64,000 nucleotides of DNA from Eledone cirrhosa. Taxonomy: Eukaryota. This document shows positions 22,816 through 35,091 of this stretch, piece after piece. The stretch is taken from contig OZ024745.1 of assembly GCA_964016885.1 (NCBI GenBank), positions 90,892,001-90,956,000 of the forward strand. The letters are read 5' to 3'. The stretch's first letter is position 1. Each line of letters starts with the position of its first letter. Both the position numbers and the translations under genes were made by a program. The notes beneath the pieces were generated by a model that was given only the letters and a program-made list of their open reading frames with translations, was not told where the DNA came from and did not search any database.

Positions 22816-25140
22816 GTGACCTGCATGGTCAACCTTGACAGAACTCATAGACAGGGCCCCGGTTACTGGAAGCTCAACTTGTCCTTGCCGGCAAGTAGAG
22901 CCTACAGGAATCGGATTAGTACGTTAGTTAAGGAACGGTTGACTGGAGCGATCGTCAACAGCAGGTGGTGGGTATCTCTAAAGAGAGAGATTAGAGTAGT
23001 CTCGATAGAATTTAGTAAGGTTCTAGCTGCGGATAGGAATAGGAAGGAAAGGGAGCTAATAGATAGAGTAGAAGAGGCAATTAGAAGCGGCGACGTGGCC
23101 AGAGTGCTAGCGTCGAGAACGGCTTTGAGCCAGTTTTTCGACGCGAAGCACGAAGGCTGCGTTGTCCGAAGTAAAATACGTGCTCTAGGGAACGAGGGGA
23201 CCAAAGCTGTTAGCTGGGCCCGCGTGACAGAGGCCAACAGTGGAACTAAATCCACCATCCGGTCTTTGCGAGACCTGGATGGACGGGCGATTCTTGAGCC
23301 TAAGCAGATGTGTGAGGCCTTTCAAAGGCACTTTGCCCGACTGTTCGGGAGGGGCGGGGAGCCGGTTGGGAACGTGGACTTCGGTCCATACCTCGACGGC
23401 CTGCCGCGCCTCTCGGACAGGGAGGCGAAGTCCTGCGAGGAGCCGATTTCGGCCGCTGAGATAGAGGACGTGCTGAGCCAATGCGGCAAACGCAAATCCC
23501 CGGGTCTCGATGGTCTTCCTTACGAATTATATCTAGCTATGCCGGACTTGTTCCCCGATCTCCTCGAGGCGGTCTACTGCAACTGGCAACAGAACGGGAG
23601 AATTCCCTGTACTGTGACCAAGGGCGTAGTCACGCTAGTGAGGAAGGACGAGAACAAGGGGGACGAAATAAGTAACTTCAGGCCCATAACACTGCTAAAT
23701 ACAGAGTTACAGATTTTGGCCAAGGTGCTAGCAAAGAGGTTGGCGCTTGTCGTGGGCAACCTGGTGGGAGATGCGCAGACATGCGCTATCCCGTCCAGGT
23801 CCATCCATGACAACCTCCACCTCATGCGATACATCATAGAGAGGGTTGGGAACGAACCCGGCTTTGGTGGGGCTCTGATCAACTTGGATCAATCTAAGGC
23901 GTTCGATAGGGTCGACCATGGTTACCTGGATGCGGTGCTAGCGGCGGCAGGCTTCGGACCCGTTTTCAGGGGCTGGATCACTGCTATGCACAGCAGCCGC
24001 ATCTGCTCTAGGGTCAAGGTGAACGGCTACCTCTCGGAGCCGTTCAAAATCGCGCGGTCCATCCGACAAGGGTGCCCTCTCTCCTCCCTTCTGTATGTGT
24101 TGACTCTCGAGCCACTACTGCGGAAGTTGGAGTTGTTGCAGGGCATCCCTTTGGAACCGGGATTGCGGAAAGCGGTGTCGGCCTACGCCGATGACGTGAC
24201 AGTAATGGTGTCGATGGCCTCCGAAATCGAGGCGGTCGGCACCTTACTGGAGGAGTACGAAAAGTTCACAGGGGCTAAGCTGAACCGGGACAAGTCGATC
24301 GGTTTGCAACTCGGCACGTGGAGGGGCAGACCGATGCCCTCCGATAGCGTCGTCGGACGCTGGACGGAGGGCCCGGTGAAGTTGCTCGGGGTCTGGTTCG
24401 GACCGGACCTCCAGGTGGAGAAAAACTGGGCGGAGGTTACGAACAGGGTGTTTGCACTGACCCAGAAGTGGGCCAGTTGCAAACTATCCCTGAAAGGTCG
24501 GGCGGAGGTGGCGAACACCTACATAGCGTCCGTCATCTACTACCGCCTGACCGTAGTGCCCTGCCCAAGGGAAACCCTCACCAAGATGGAGCGCGCGCTC
24601 TTCCAATTCCTTTGGAAGAGGCGGGCTCCTATGGTGAGGAGATCCATCTGCTGTCAACACCCTTCGAAAGGAGGGCTGGGGATGCCGTGGCTAATGATGC
24701 GTAAACACGCATTAAGGCTACGGCACCTCTACGTATTCCTCACCGGACAACCGGTGTGGGCCTCGTTTGTGAGACGAACCTTTCCCAGACTCGTCTCACT
24801 CACCGAGCTGCAATCCTGGGTCAAGCAAAGACCGAGAAAACTGGGCGCCTGGCACACTGAGTGTGGCCAGGCGCTCACCGCCCTCTGGCAGGCGGATCCG
24901 GTTGTCAGTGGAGACTCCACCGCAACATTCTATAGAGGGCTGGTACACAGCAGGTGCGACGACGCCCTCGGAGAAGCCCTAGACATGGAGGAGGACGAAC
25001 TGGCCAGCCTGTTCGGTAGGACATTCAGCCCGGGACCTATGGACAACTTCCAGAAGTCCCTGGCCTGGCAGTGCTACCGAGGGGCTTTACCCGTTCGAGA
25101 AAGGCTCTACAGACACGGGCGCCCGGGTAGGGACCCCGCC
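22816..25140 (+). mobile_element. L1/Tx1-clade non-LTR retrotransposon ORF2 fragment, truncated at both ends (copy 1)
   Basis: 2,325-bp GC- and CpG-rich insert in the satellite. It starts just before the post-endonuclease GPGYWKLN motif and ends at the start of the zf-RVT region (WQCYRGALPVRERLYRHG), before the expected CxxC. No ORF1 and no 3' UTR. Confidence 0.93.
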
Positions 25141-25155
25141 AAAAAGATCTTTTAA
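22816..25155 (+). CDS. Open frame encoding L1/Tx1-type reverse transcriptase (endonuclease-less, 779 codons, first ATG at 22825)
   Basis: Motifs KSPGLDG, NFRPITLLN, DQSKAFDRVDH, RQGCPLS, YADD (24184-95) and KLLGVWF. No internal stops. The last residues KKIF and the TAA come from the junction/satellite. Expression unknown. Confidence 0.8.
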   Translation: MTCMVNLDRTHRQGPGYWKLNLSLPASRAYRNRISTLVKERLTGAIVNSRWWVSLKREIRVVSIEFSKVLAADRNRKERELIDRVEEAIRSGDVARVLASRTALSQFFDAKHEGCVVRSKIRALGNEGTKAVSWARVTEANSGTKSTIRSLRDLDGRAILEPKQMCEAFQRHFARLFGRGGEPVGNVDFGPYLDGLPRLSDREAKSCEEPISAAEIEDVLSQCGKRKSPGLDGLPYELYLAMPDLFPDLLEAVYCNWQQNGRIPCTVTKGVVTLVRKDENKGDEISNFRPITLLNTELQILAKVLAKRLALVVGNLVGDAQTCAIPSRSIHDNLHLMRYIIERVGNEPGFGGALINLDQSKAFDRVDHGYLDAVLAAAGFGPVFRGWITAMHSSRICSRVKVNGYLSEPFKIARSIRQGCPLSSLLYVLTLEPLLRKLELLQGIPLEPGLRKAVSAYADDVTVMVSMASEIEAVGTLLEEYEKFTGAKLNRDKSIGLQLGTWRGRPMPSDSVVGRWTEGPVKLLGVWFGPDLQVEKNWAEVTNRVFALTQKWASCKLSLKGRAEVANTYIASVIYYRLTVVPCPRETLTKMERALFQFLWKRRAPMVRRSICCQHPSKGGLGMPWLMMRKHALRLRHLYVFLTGQPVWASFVRRTFPRLVSLTELQSWVKQRPRKLGAWHTECGQALTALWQADPVVSGDSTATFYRGLVHSRCDDALGEALDMEEDELASLFGRTFSPGPMDNFQKSLAWQCYRGALPVRERLYRHGRPGRDPAKKIF

Positions 25156-28100
25156 ACAACATTGCAAGCCCACTGAAAGAGTTTTAAACAACATTGCAAG
25201 CCCACTAAAAGAGTTTTAAACAACATTGGAAGCCCACTGAAAGAGTTTTAAACAACAACATTGCAAGTCCTCTGAAAGAGTTTTAAACAACATTGCAAGC
25301 CCACTTTTAAACAACATTGCAAGCCCACTGAAAGAGTTTTAAACAACATTGCAAGCCCACTAAAAGTGTTTTAAACAACATTGGAAGTCCACTGAAAGAA
25401 TTTTAAACAACATTGCAAGCCCACTGAAAGAGTTTTAAAAAAAATTGCAAGCCCACTGAAAGTGCTTGAAACAACATTGCAAGCCCACTAAAAGTGTTTT
25501 AAACAACATTGTAAGCCCACTGAAAGAGTTTTAAACAAGATTGCAAGCCTACTGAAAGAGTTTTAAAGAACATTACAAGCCCACTGAAAGAGTTTTAAAC
25601 AACATTGCAAGCCCTCTAAAAGTGTTTTAAACAACATTGCAAGCTCACTGAAAGTGTTTTAAACATCATTGCAAGCCCACTGAAAGAGTTTTAAACAACA
25701 TTGGAAACCCACTGAAAGAGTTTTAAACAACATTGCAAGCCCACTGAAAGAGTTTTAAACAACATTGGAAGCCCACTGAAAGAGTTTTAAACAACATTGC
25801 AAGTCCTCTGAAAGTGTTTTAAACAACATTGTAAGCCCACTAATAGTGTTTTAAAAAACGTTGCAAGCCCACTGCAAGAGTTTTAAACAACATTGCAAAC
25901 ACACTGAAAGAGTTTTAAACAACATTGCAAGCCCACTTTTAAACAACATTGCAAGCCCACTGAAAGACTTTTAAACAACATTGCAAGCCCACTAAAAGTA
26001 TTTTAAACAACATTGTAAGCCCACTGAAAGAGTTTTAACCAACATTGCAAGCCCACTAAAAGTGTTTTAAACAACATTGCAAGCCCACTGAAAGAGTTTT
26101 AAACCAAATTGCAAGCCCACTGAAAGTGTTTTAAACAACATTGTAGAGCACTAAAAGAGTTTTAAACAAGATTGCAAGCCCAATAAAAGTGTTTTAAACA
26201 ACATTGCAAGTCCACTAAAAGTGTTTTAAACAACATTGCAAGCCCACTAAAAGAGTTTTAAACAACATTGGAAGCCCACTTTTAAACAACATTGCAAGCC
26301 CACTAAAAGAGTTTTGAACAACATTGCAAGCCCACTAAAAGAGTTTTAAACAACATTGGAAGCCCACTAAAAGAGTTTTAAACAACATTGCAAGCCCACT
26401 AAAAGTGTTTTAAACAACATTGCAAGCCCACTAAAAGTGTTTTAAACAACATTGCAAGCCCACTGAAAGAGTTCTAAACAACATTGGAAGCCCACTTTTA
26501 AACAACATTGCAAGCCCACTAAAAGAGTTTTAAACAACATTGGAAGCCCACTAAAAGAGTTTTAAACAACATTGCAAGCCCACTGAAAGAGTTCTAAACA
26601 ACATTGGAAGCCCACTTTTAAACAACATTGCAAGTCCACTAAAAGTGTTTTAAACAACATTGCAAGCCCACTGAAAGAGTTCTAAACAACATTGGAAGCC
26701 CACTTTTAAACAACATTGCAAGCCCACTAAAAGAGTTTTAAACAACATTGGAAGCCCACTAAAAGAGTTTTAAACAACATTGCAAGCCCACTGAAAGAGT
26801 TCTAAACAACATTGGAAGCCCACTTTTAAACAACATTGCAAGTCCACTAAAAGTGTTTTAAACAACATTGCAAGCCCACTGAAAGAGTTCTAAACAACAT
26901 TGGAAGCCCACTTTTAAACAACATTGCAAGCCCACTAAAAGAGTTTTAAACAACATTGGAAGCCCACTAAAAGAGTTTTAAACAACATTGCAAGCCCACT
27001 GAAAGAGTTCTAAACAACATTGGAAGCCCACTTTTAAACAACATTGCAAGCCCACTAAAAGTGTTTTAAACAACATTGCAAGCCCACTAAAAGTGTTTTA
27101 AACAACATTGCAAGCCCACTGAAAGAGTTCTAAACAACATTGGAAGCCCACTTTTAAACAACATTGCAAGTCCACTAAAAGTGTTTTAAACAACATTGCA
27201 AGCCCACTAAAAGAGTTTTAAACAACATTGGAAGCCCACTTTTAAACAACATTGCAAGCCCACTAAAAGAGTTTTAAACAACATTGGAAGCCCACTAAAA
27301 GAGTTTTAAACAACATTGCAAGCCCACTAAAAGAGTTTTAAACAACATTGCAAGCCCACTAAAAGTGTTTTAAACAACATTGCAAGCCCACTGAAAGAGT
27401 TCTAAACAACATTGGAAGCCCACTGAAAGGGTTTTAAACAACATTGTAAGCCCACTGACAGAGTTTTAAACGAACTTGCAAGCTCACTGAAAGAGTTTTA
27501 AACAACATGGCAAGCCCACTAAAAGTGTTCTAAACAACATTGCAAGCCCACTGAAAGAATTTTAAACAACATTGCAAGTCCTCTGAAAGAGTTTTAAACA
27601 ACATTGCAAGCCCACTTTTAAACAACATTGCAAGCCCACTAAAAGTGTTTTAAACAACATTGCAAGCCCACTGAAAGAGTTCTAAACAACATTGGAAGCC
27701 CACTAAAAGCGTTTTAAACAACATTGGAAGTCCACTAAAAGTGTTTTAAACAACATTGCAAGCCCACTGACAGAGTTTTAAACGAACTTGCAAGCTCACT
27801 GAAAGAATTTTAAACAACATTGCAAGCCCACTGAAAGAGTTTTAAACAACATTGCAAGCCCACTAAAAGCGTTTTAAACAACATTGGAAGTCCACTAAAA
27901 GTGTTTTAAACAACATTGCAAGCCCACTGAAAGAATTTTAAACAACATTGCAAGCCCACTAACATGTGTTAAAAAACATTGCAAGCCCACTGAAAGTGTT
28001 TTAAACAGCATTGCAAGCCCACTGAGAGAGTTTTAAACAACATTGGAAGCCCACTGAAAGAGTTTTAAACATCATTGCAAGCCCACTAAGAGTGTTTTAA

Positions 28101-31100
28101 ACAACATTGCAAGCCCACTAAAAGTCTTTTAAACAACATTGCAAGCCCTCTAAAAGTGTCTTAAAAAACATTGCAAGCCCACTAAAAGTGTTTTAAACAA
28201 CATTGTAAGCCCACTGACAGAGTTTTAAATAAAATTGCAAGCTCATTGAAAGAGTGTTAAACAACATTTCAAGCCCACTAAAAGTGTTTTAAACAACATT
28301 GCAAGCCCTCTAAAATGTTTTAAACAACATTGCAAGCCCACTGAGAGTGTTTTAAACAACATTGCAAGCCCTCTAAAATGTTTTAAACAACATTGCAAGC
28401 CCACTGAGAGTGTTTTAAACAACATTGCAAGCCCACTAAAAGAGTTTTAAACAACATTGGAAGCCCACTGAAAGACTTTTAAACAACATTGCAAGCCCAC
28501 TGAAAGAGTTTTAAACAACATTGCAAGTCCTCTGAAAGAGTTTTAAACAACATTGCAAGCCCACTTTTAAACAACATTGCAAGCCCACTGAAAGACCTTT
28601 AAACAACATTGCGAGCCCACTAAAAGTGTTTTAAACAACATTGTAAGCCCACTGACAGAGTTTTAAACAAAATTGCAAGCTCACTGAAAGAGTTTTAAAC
28701 AACATGGCAAGCCCACTAAAAGTGTTTTAAACAACATTACTAGCCCTCTGAAAGAGTTTTAAACAACATTGCAAGCCCTCTGAAAGAGTTTTAAACAACA
28801 TTGCAAGCCCATTGAAAGAGTTTTAAACAACATTGCAAGCCCACTTTTAAACAACATTGCAAGCCCACTGAAAGAGTTTTAAACAACATTGCAAGCCCAC
28901 TAAAAGTGTTTTAAACAACATTGGAAGTCCACTAAAAGTGTTTTAAACAACATTGCAAGCCCACTGAAAGAATTTTAAACAACATTGCAAGCCCACTAAA
29001 AGTGTTTTAAGAAACATTGCAAGCCCACTGAAAGTGTTTTAAACAGCATTGCAAGCCCACTGAAAGAGTTTTAAACAACATTGGAAGCCCACTGAAAGAG
29101 TTTTAAACAACATTGGAAGCCCACTGAAAGAGTTTTAAACAACATTGCAAGCCCACTAAAAGTGTTTTAAACAACATTGCAAGCCCTCTGAAAGACTTTT
29201 AAACAACATTGCAAGCCCACTAAAAGTGTTTTAAACAACATTGTAAGCCCACTGACAGAGTTTTAGACAAAATTGCAAGCTCATTGAAAGAGTTTTAAAC
29301 AACATTGGAAGCCCACTAAAATTGTTTAAAACAACTTTGCAATGCCACTGAAAGAATTTTAAACAACATTGCAAGCTCACTAAAAGTGTTTTAAACAACA
29401 TTGCAAGCCCTCTAAAATGTTTTAAACAACATTGCAAGCCCACTGAGAGTGTTTTAAACAACATTGCAAGCCCACTAAAAGAGTTTTAAACAACATTGGA
29501 AGCCCACTGAAAGACTTTTAAACAACATTGCAAGCCCACTGAAAGAGTTTTAAACAACATTGCAAGCGCACTAAAAGAGTTTTAAACAACATTGGAAGCC
29601 CACTGAAAGAGTTCTAAACAACATTGGAAGCCCACTGAAAGGGTTTTAAACAACATTGTAAGCCCACTGACAGAGTTTTAAACGAACTTGCAAGCTCACT
29701 GAAAGAGTTTTAAACAACATGGCAAGCCCACTAAAAGTGTTCTAAACAACATTGCAAGCCCACTGAAAGAATTTTAAACAACATTGCAAGTCCTCTGAAA
29801 GAGTTTTAAACAACATTGCAAGCCCACTTTTAAACAACATTGGAAGCCCACTGAAAGAGTTTTAAACAACATTGCAAGCCCACTAAAAGAGTTTTAAACA
29901 AAAGTATAAGCCCACTGACAGAGTTTTAAACAAAATTGCAAGCTCATTGAAAGAGTTTTAAACAACATTGCAAGCTCAATAAAGTGTTTTAAACAACATT
30001 GCAAGCCCTCTAAAATGTTTTAAACAACATTGCAAGCCCACTGAGAGTGTTTTAAACAACATTGCAAGCCCACTAAAAGAGTTTTAAACAACATTGGAAG
30101 CCCACTGAAAGACTTTTAAACAACATTGCAAGCCAACTGAAAGAGTTTTAAACAACAACATTGCAAGTCCTCTGAAAGAGTTTTAAACAACATTGCAAGC
30201 CCACTTTTAAACAACATTGCAAGCCCACTGAAAGAGTTTTAAACAACATTGCAAGCCCACTTTTAAACAACATTGCAACCCCACTGAAAGAGTTTTAAGC
30301 AACATTGCAAGCCCTCGAAAATGTTTTAAACAACATTGCAAGCCCACTGAGAGTGTTTTAAACAACATTGCAAGCCCACTAAATGTGTTTTAAACAACAT
30401 TGGAAGTCCACTGAAAGAATTTTAAACAACATTGCAAGCCCACTGAAAGAATTTTAAACAACATTGCAAGCCCACTGAAAGTGCTTTAAACAACATTGCA
30501 AGCCCACTAAAAGTGTTTTAAACAACATTGTAAGCCCACTGAAAGAGTTTTAAACAATATTGCAAGCCTACTGAAAGAGTTTTAAAGAACATTACAAGCC
30601 CACTGAAAGAGTTTTAAACAAGATTGCAAGCCCTCTAAAAGTGTTTTAAACAACATTGCAAGCTCACTGAAAGTGTTTTAAACAGCATTGCAAGCCCACT
30701 GAAAGAGTTTTAAACAACATTGCAAGCCCACTGAAAGAGTTTTAAACAACATTGGAAACCCACTGAATGAGTTTTAAACAACATTGCAAGCCCACTAAAA
30801 GTTTTTTAAGTAACATTGCAAGCCCTCTAAAAATGTTTTAAACAACATTGCAAGCCCACTGAAAGTGTTTTAAACAGCATTGCAAGCCCACTGAAAGAGT
30901 TTTAAACAACATTGGAAGCCCACTGAAAGAGTTTTAAACAACATTGCAAGCCCACTAAAAGAGTTTTAAACAACATTATAAGCCCACTGAAAGACTTTTA
31001 AACAATATTGCAAGCCCACTGAAAGAGTTTTAAACAACATTGCAAGCCCACTAAAAGTGTTTTAAACAACATTGTAAGCCCACTAATAGTGTTTGAAACA

Positions 31101-34100
31101 ACGTTGCAAGCCCACTGAAAGAGTTTTAAACAACATTGCTAACACACTGAAAGAGTTTTAAACAACATTGCAAGCCCTCTAAAAGTGTTTTAAACAACAT
31201 TGCAAGCCCACTGAAAGAGTTTTAAACAACATTGCAAGCCCTCTAAAATGTTTTAAACAACATTGCAAGCCCACTGAGAGTGTTTTAAACAACATTGCAA
31301 GCCCACTAAAAGAGTTTTAAACAACATTGGAAGCCCACTGAAAGACTTTTAAACAATATTGCAAGCCCACTGAAAGAGTTTAAACAACATTGCAAGTCCT
31401 CTGAAAGAGTTTTAAACAACATTGCAAGCCCACTTTTAAACAACATTGCAAGCCCACTGAAAGAGTTTTAAACAACATTGTAAGCCCACTAATAGTGTTT
31501 GAAACAACGTTGCAAGCCCACTGAAAGAGTTTTAAACAACATTGCAAACACACTGAGAGAGTTTTAAACAACATTGCAAGCCCTCTAAAAGTGTTTTAAA
31601 CAACATTGCAAGCCCACTGAAAGAGTTTTAACCAACATTGCAAGCCCAATAAAAGTGTTTTAAACAACATTGCAAGCCCACTGAAAGAGTATTAAAACAT
31701 ATTGCAAGCCCACTGAAAGTGTTTTAAACAACATTGTAGAGCACTAAAAGAGTTTTAAACAACATTGCAAGCCCCCTGAAAGAGTTTTAAACAATATTGC
31801 AAGCCCACTAAAAGAGTTTTAAACAACATTGGAAGCCCACTAAAAGAGTTTTAAACAACATTGCAAGCCCACTAAAAGTGTTTTAAACAACATTGCAAGC
31901 CCACTGAAAGAGTTCTAAGCAACATTGGAAGCCCACTGAAAGGGTTTTAAACAACATTGGAAGCCCACTGAAAGAGTTTTAAACATCATTGCAAGCCCAC
32001 TAAAAGTGTTCTAAACAACATTGCAAGCCACTGAAAGAATTTTAAACAACATTGCAAGTCCTCTGAAAGAGTTTTAAACAACATTGCAAGCCCACTAAAA
32101 GTGTTTTAAACAACATTGGAAGTCCACTAAAAGTGTTTTAAACAACATTGCAAGCCCACTGAAAGTGTTTTAAACAGCATTGTAAGCCCACTGACAGAGT
32201 TTTAAAAAAACATTGGAAGCCCACTGAAAGAGTTTTAAACAACATTGGAAGCCCACTGAAAGAGTTTTAAACAACATTGTAGAGCACTAAAAGAGTTTTA
32301 AACAACATTGCAAGCCCACTAAAAGTCTTTTAAACAACATTGCAAGCCCACTAAAAGTGTTTTAAACAGCAATGTAAGCCCACTGACAGAGTTTTAAATA
32401 AAATTGCAAGCCCATTGAAAGAGTTTTAAACAACATTTCAAGCCCACTAAAAGTGTTTGAAACAACATTGCAAGCCCTCTAAAATGTTTTAAACAACATT
32501 GCAAGCCCACTGAGAGTGTTTTAAACAACATTGCAAGCCCACTAAAAGAGTTTTAAACAACATTGGAAGCCCACTGAAAGACTTTTAAACAACATTGCAA
32601 GCCCACTGAAAGAGTTTTAAACAACATTGCAAGCCCACTAAGGGTGTTTTAAACAACATTGCAAGCCCACTGAAAGACGTTTAAACAACATTGCGAGCCC
32701 ACTAAAAGTGTTTTAAACAACATTGTAAGCCCACTGACAGAGTTTTAAACAAAATTGCAAGCTCACTGAAAGAGTTTTAAACAACATGGCAAGCCCACTA
32801 AAAGTGTTTTAAACAACATTACTATCCCTCTGAAAGAGTTTTAAACAACATTGCAAGCCCTCTGAAAGAGTTTTAAACAACATTGCAAGCCCATTGAAAG
32901 AGTTTTAAACAACATTGCAAGCCCACTGAATGAGTTTTAAACAACATTGCAAGCACACTAAAAGTCTTTTAAACAACATTGCAAGCACTCTAAAAGTGTT
33001 TTAAAAAACATTGCAAGCCCACTAAAAGTGTTTTAACAGCATTGGAAGCCCACTGAAAGAGTTTTAAACAACATTGTAGAGCACTAAAAGAGTTTTAAAC
33101 AACATTGCAAGCCCACTAAAAGTCTTTTAAACAACATTGCAAGCCCTCTAAAAGTGTTTTAAAAAACATTGCAAGCCCACTAAAAGTGTTTTAAACAGCA
33201 ATGTAAGCCCACTGACAGAGTTTTAAATAAAATTGCAAGCTCATTGAAAGAGTTTTAAACAACATTTCAAGCCCACTAAAAGTGTTTGAAACAACATTGC
33301 AAGCCCTCTAAAATGTTTTAAACAACATTGCAAGCCCACTGAGAGTGTTTTAAACAACATTGCAAGCCCACTAAAAGAGTTTTAAACAACATTGGAAGCC
33401 CACTGAAAGACTTTTAAACAACATTGCAAGCCCACTGAAAGAGTTTTAAACAACATTGTAAGCCCACTGACAGAGTTTTAAACAAAATTGCAAGCTCACT
33501 GAAAGAGTTTTAAACAACATGGCAAGCCCACTAAAAGTGTTTTAAACAACATTACTAGCCCTCTGAAAGAGTTTTAAACAACATTGCAAGCCCTCTGAAA
33601 GAGTTTTAAACAACATTGCAAGCCCATTGAAAGAGTTTTAAACAACATTGAAAGCCCACTAAAAGTGTTTTAAAAAACATTGCAAGCCCACTGAATGAGT
33701 TTTAAACAACATTGCAAGCACACTAAAAGTCTTTTAAACAACATTGCAAGCCCTCTAAAAGTGTTTTAAAAAACATTGCAAGCCCACTAAAAGTGTTTTA
33801 AACAGCATTGTAAGCCCACTGACAGAGTTTTAAATAAAATTGCAAGCTCATTGAAAGAGTTTTAAACAACATTTCAAGCCCACTAAAAGTGTTTTAAACA
33901 ACATTGCAAGCCCTCTAAAATGTTTTAAACAACATTGCAAGCCCACTGAGAGTGTTTTAAACAACATTGCAAGCCCTCTAAAATGTTTTAAACAACATTG
34001 CAAGCCCACTGAGAGTGTTTTAAACAACATTGCAAGCCCACTAAAAGAGTTTTAATCAACATTGGAAGCCCACTGAAAGACTTTTAAACAACATTGCAAG

Positions 34101-35091
34101 CCCACTGAAACAGTTTTAAACAACATTGCAAGTCCTCTGAAAGAGTTTTAAACAACATTGCAAGTCCACTTTCAAACAACATTGCAAGCCCACTGAAAGA
34201 GTTTTAAACAACATTGCAAGCCCACTAAGGGTGTTTTAAACAACATTGCAAGCCCACTGAAAGACCTTTAAACAACATTGCGAGCCCACTAAAAGTGTTT
34301 TAAACAACATTGTAAGCCCACTGACAGAGTTTTAAACAAAATTGCAAGCTCACTGAAAGAGTTTTAAACAACTTGGCAAGCCCACTAAAAGTGTTTTAAA
34401 CAACATTGCAAGCCCTCTGAAAGAGTTTTAAACAACATTGCAAGCCCATGGAAAGAGTTTTAAACAACATTGCAAGCCCACTTTTAAACAACATTGCAAG
34501 CCCACTGAAAGAGTTTTAAACAACATTGCAAGCCCACTAAAAGTGTTTTAAACAACATTGGAAGTCCACTAAAAGCGTTTTAAACAACATTGCAAGCCCA
34601 CTGAAAGAATTTTAAACAACATTGCAAGCCCACTAAAAGTGTTTTAAGAAACATTGCAAGCCCACTGAAAGTGTTTTAAACAGCATTGCAAGCCCACTGA
34701 AAGAGTTTTAAACAACATTGGAAGCCCACTGAAAGAGTTTTAAACAACATTGGAAGCCCACTGAAAGAGTTTTAAACAACATTGCAAGCCCATTAAAAGT
34801 GTTTTAAACAACATTGCAAGCCCTCTGAAAGACTTTTAAACAACATTGCAAGCCCACTAAAAGTGTTTTAAACAACATTGTAAGCCCACTGACAGAGTTT
34901 TAAACAAAATTGCAAGCTCATTGAAAGAGTTTTAAACAACATTGCAAGCTCACTAAAAGTGTTTTAAACAACATTGCAAGCCCTCTATAATGTTTTAAAC
35001 AACATTGCAAGCCCACTGAGAGTGTTTTAAACAACATTGCAAGCCCACTAAAAGAGTTTTAAACAACATTGGAAGCCCACTGAAAGACTTT
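25143..35091. repeat. 32-bp satellite array, segment 2
   Basis: Same monomer and orientation as segment 1. Confidence 0.98.

Noticed and set aside
22902-24920. Short ORFs overlapping the RT frame (and their copies at 35178-37196)
   Set aside because: Alternative-frame and antisense by-products of GC-rich coding sequence with no recognisable motifs.
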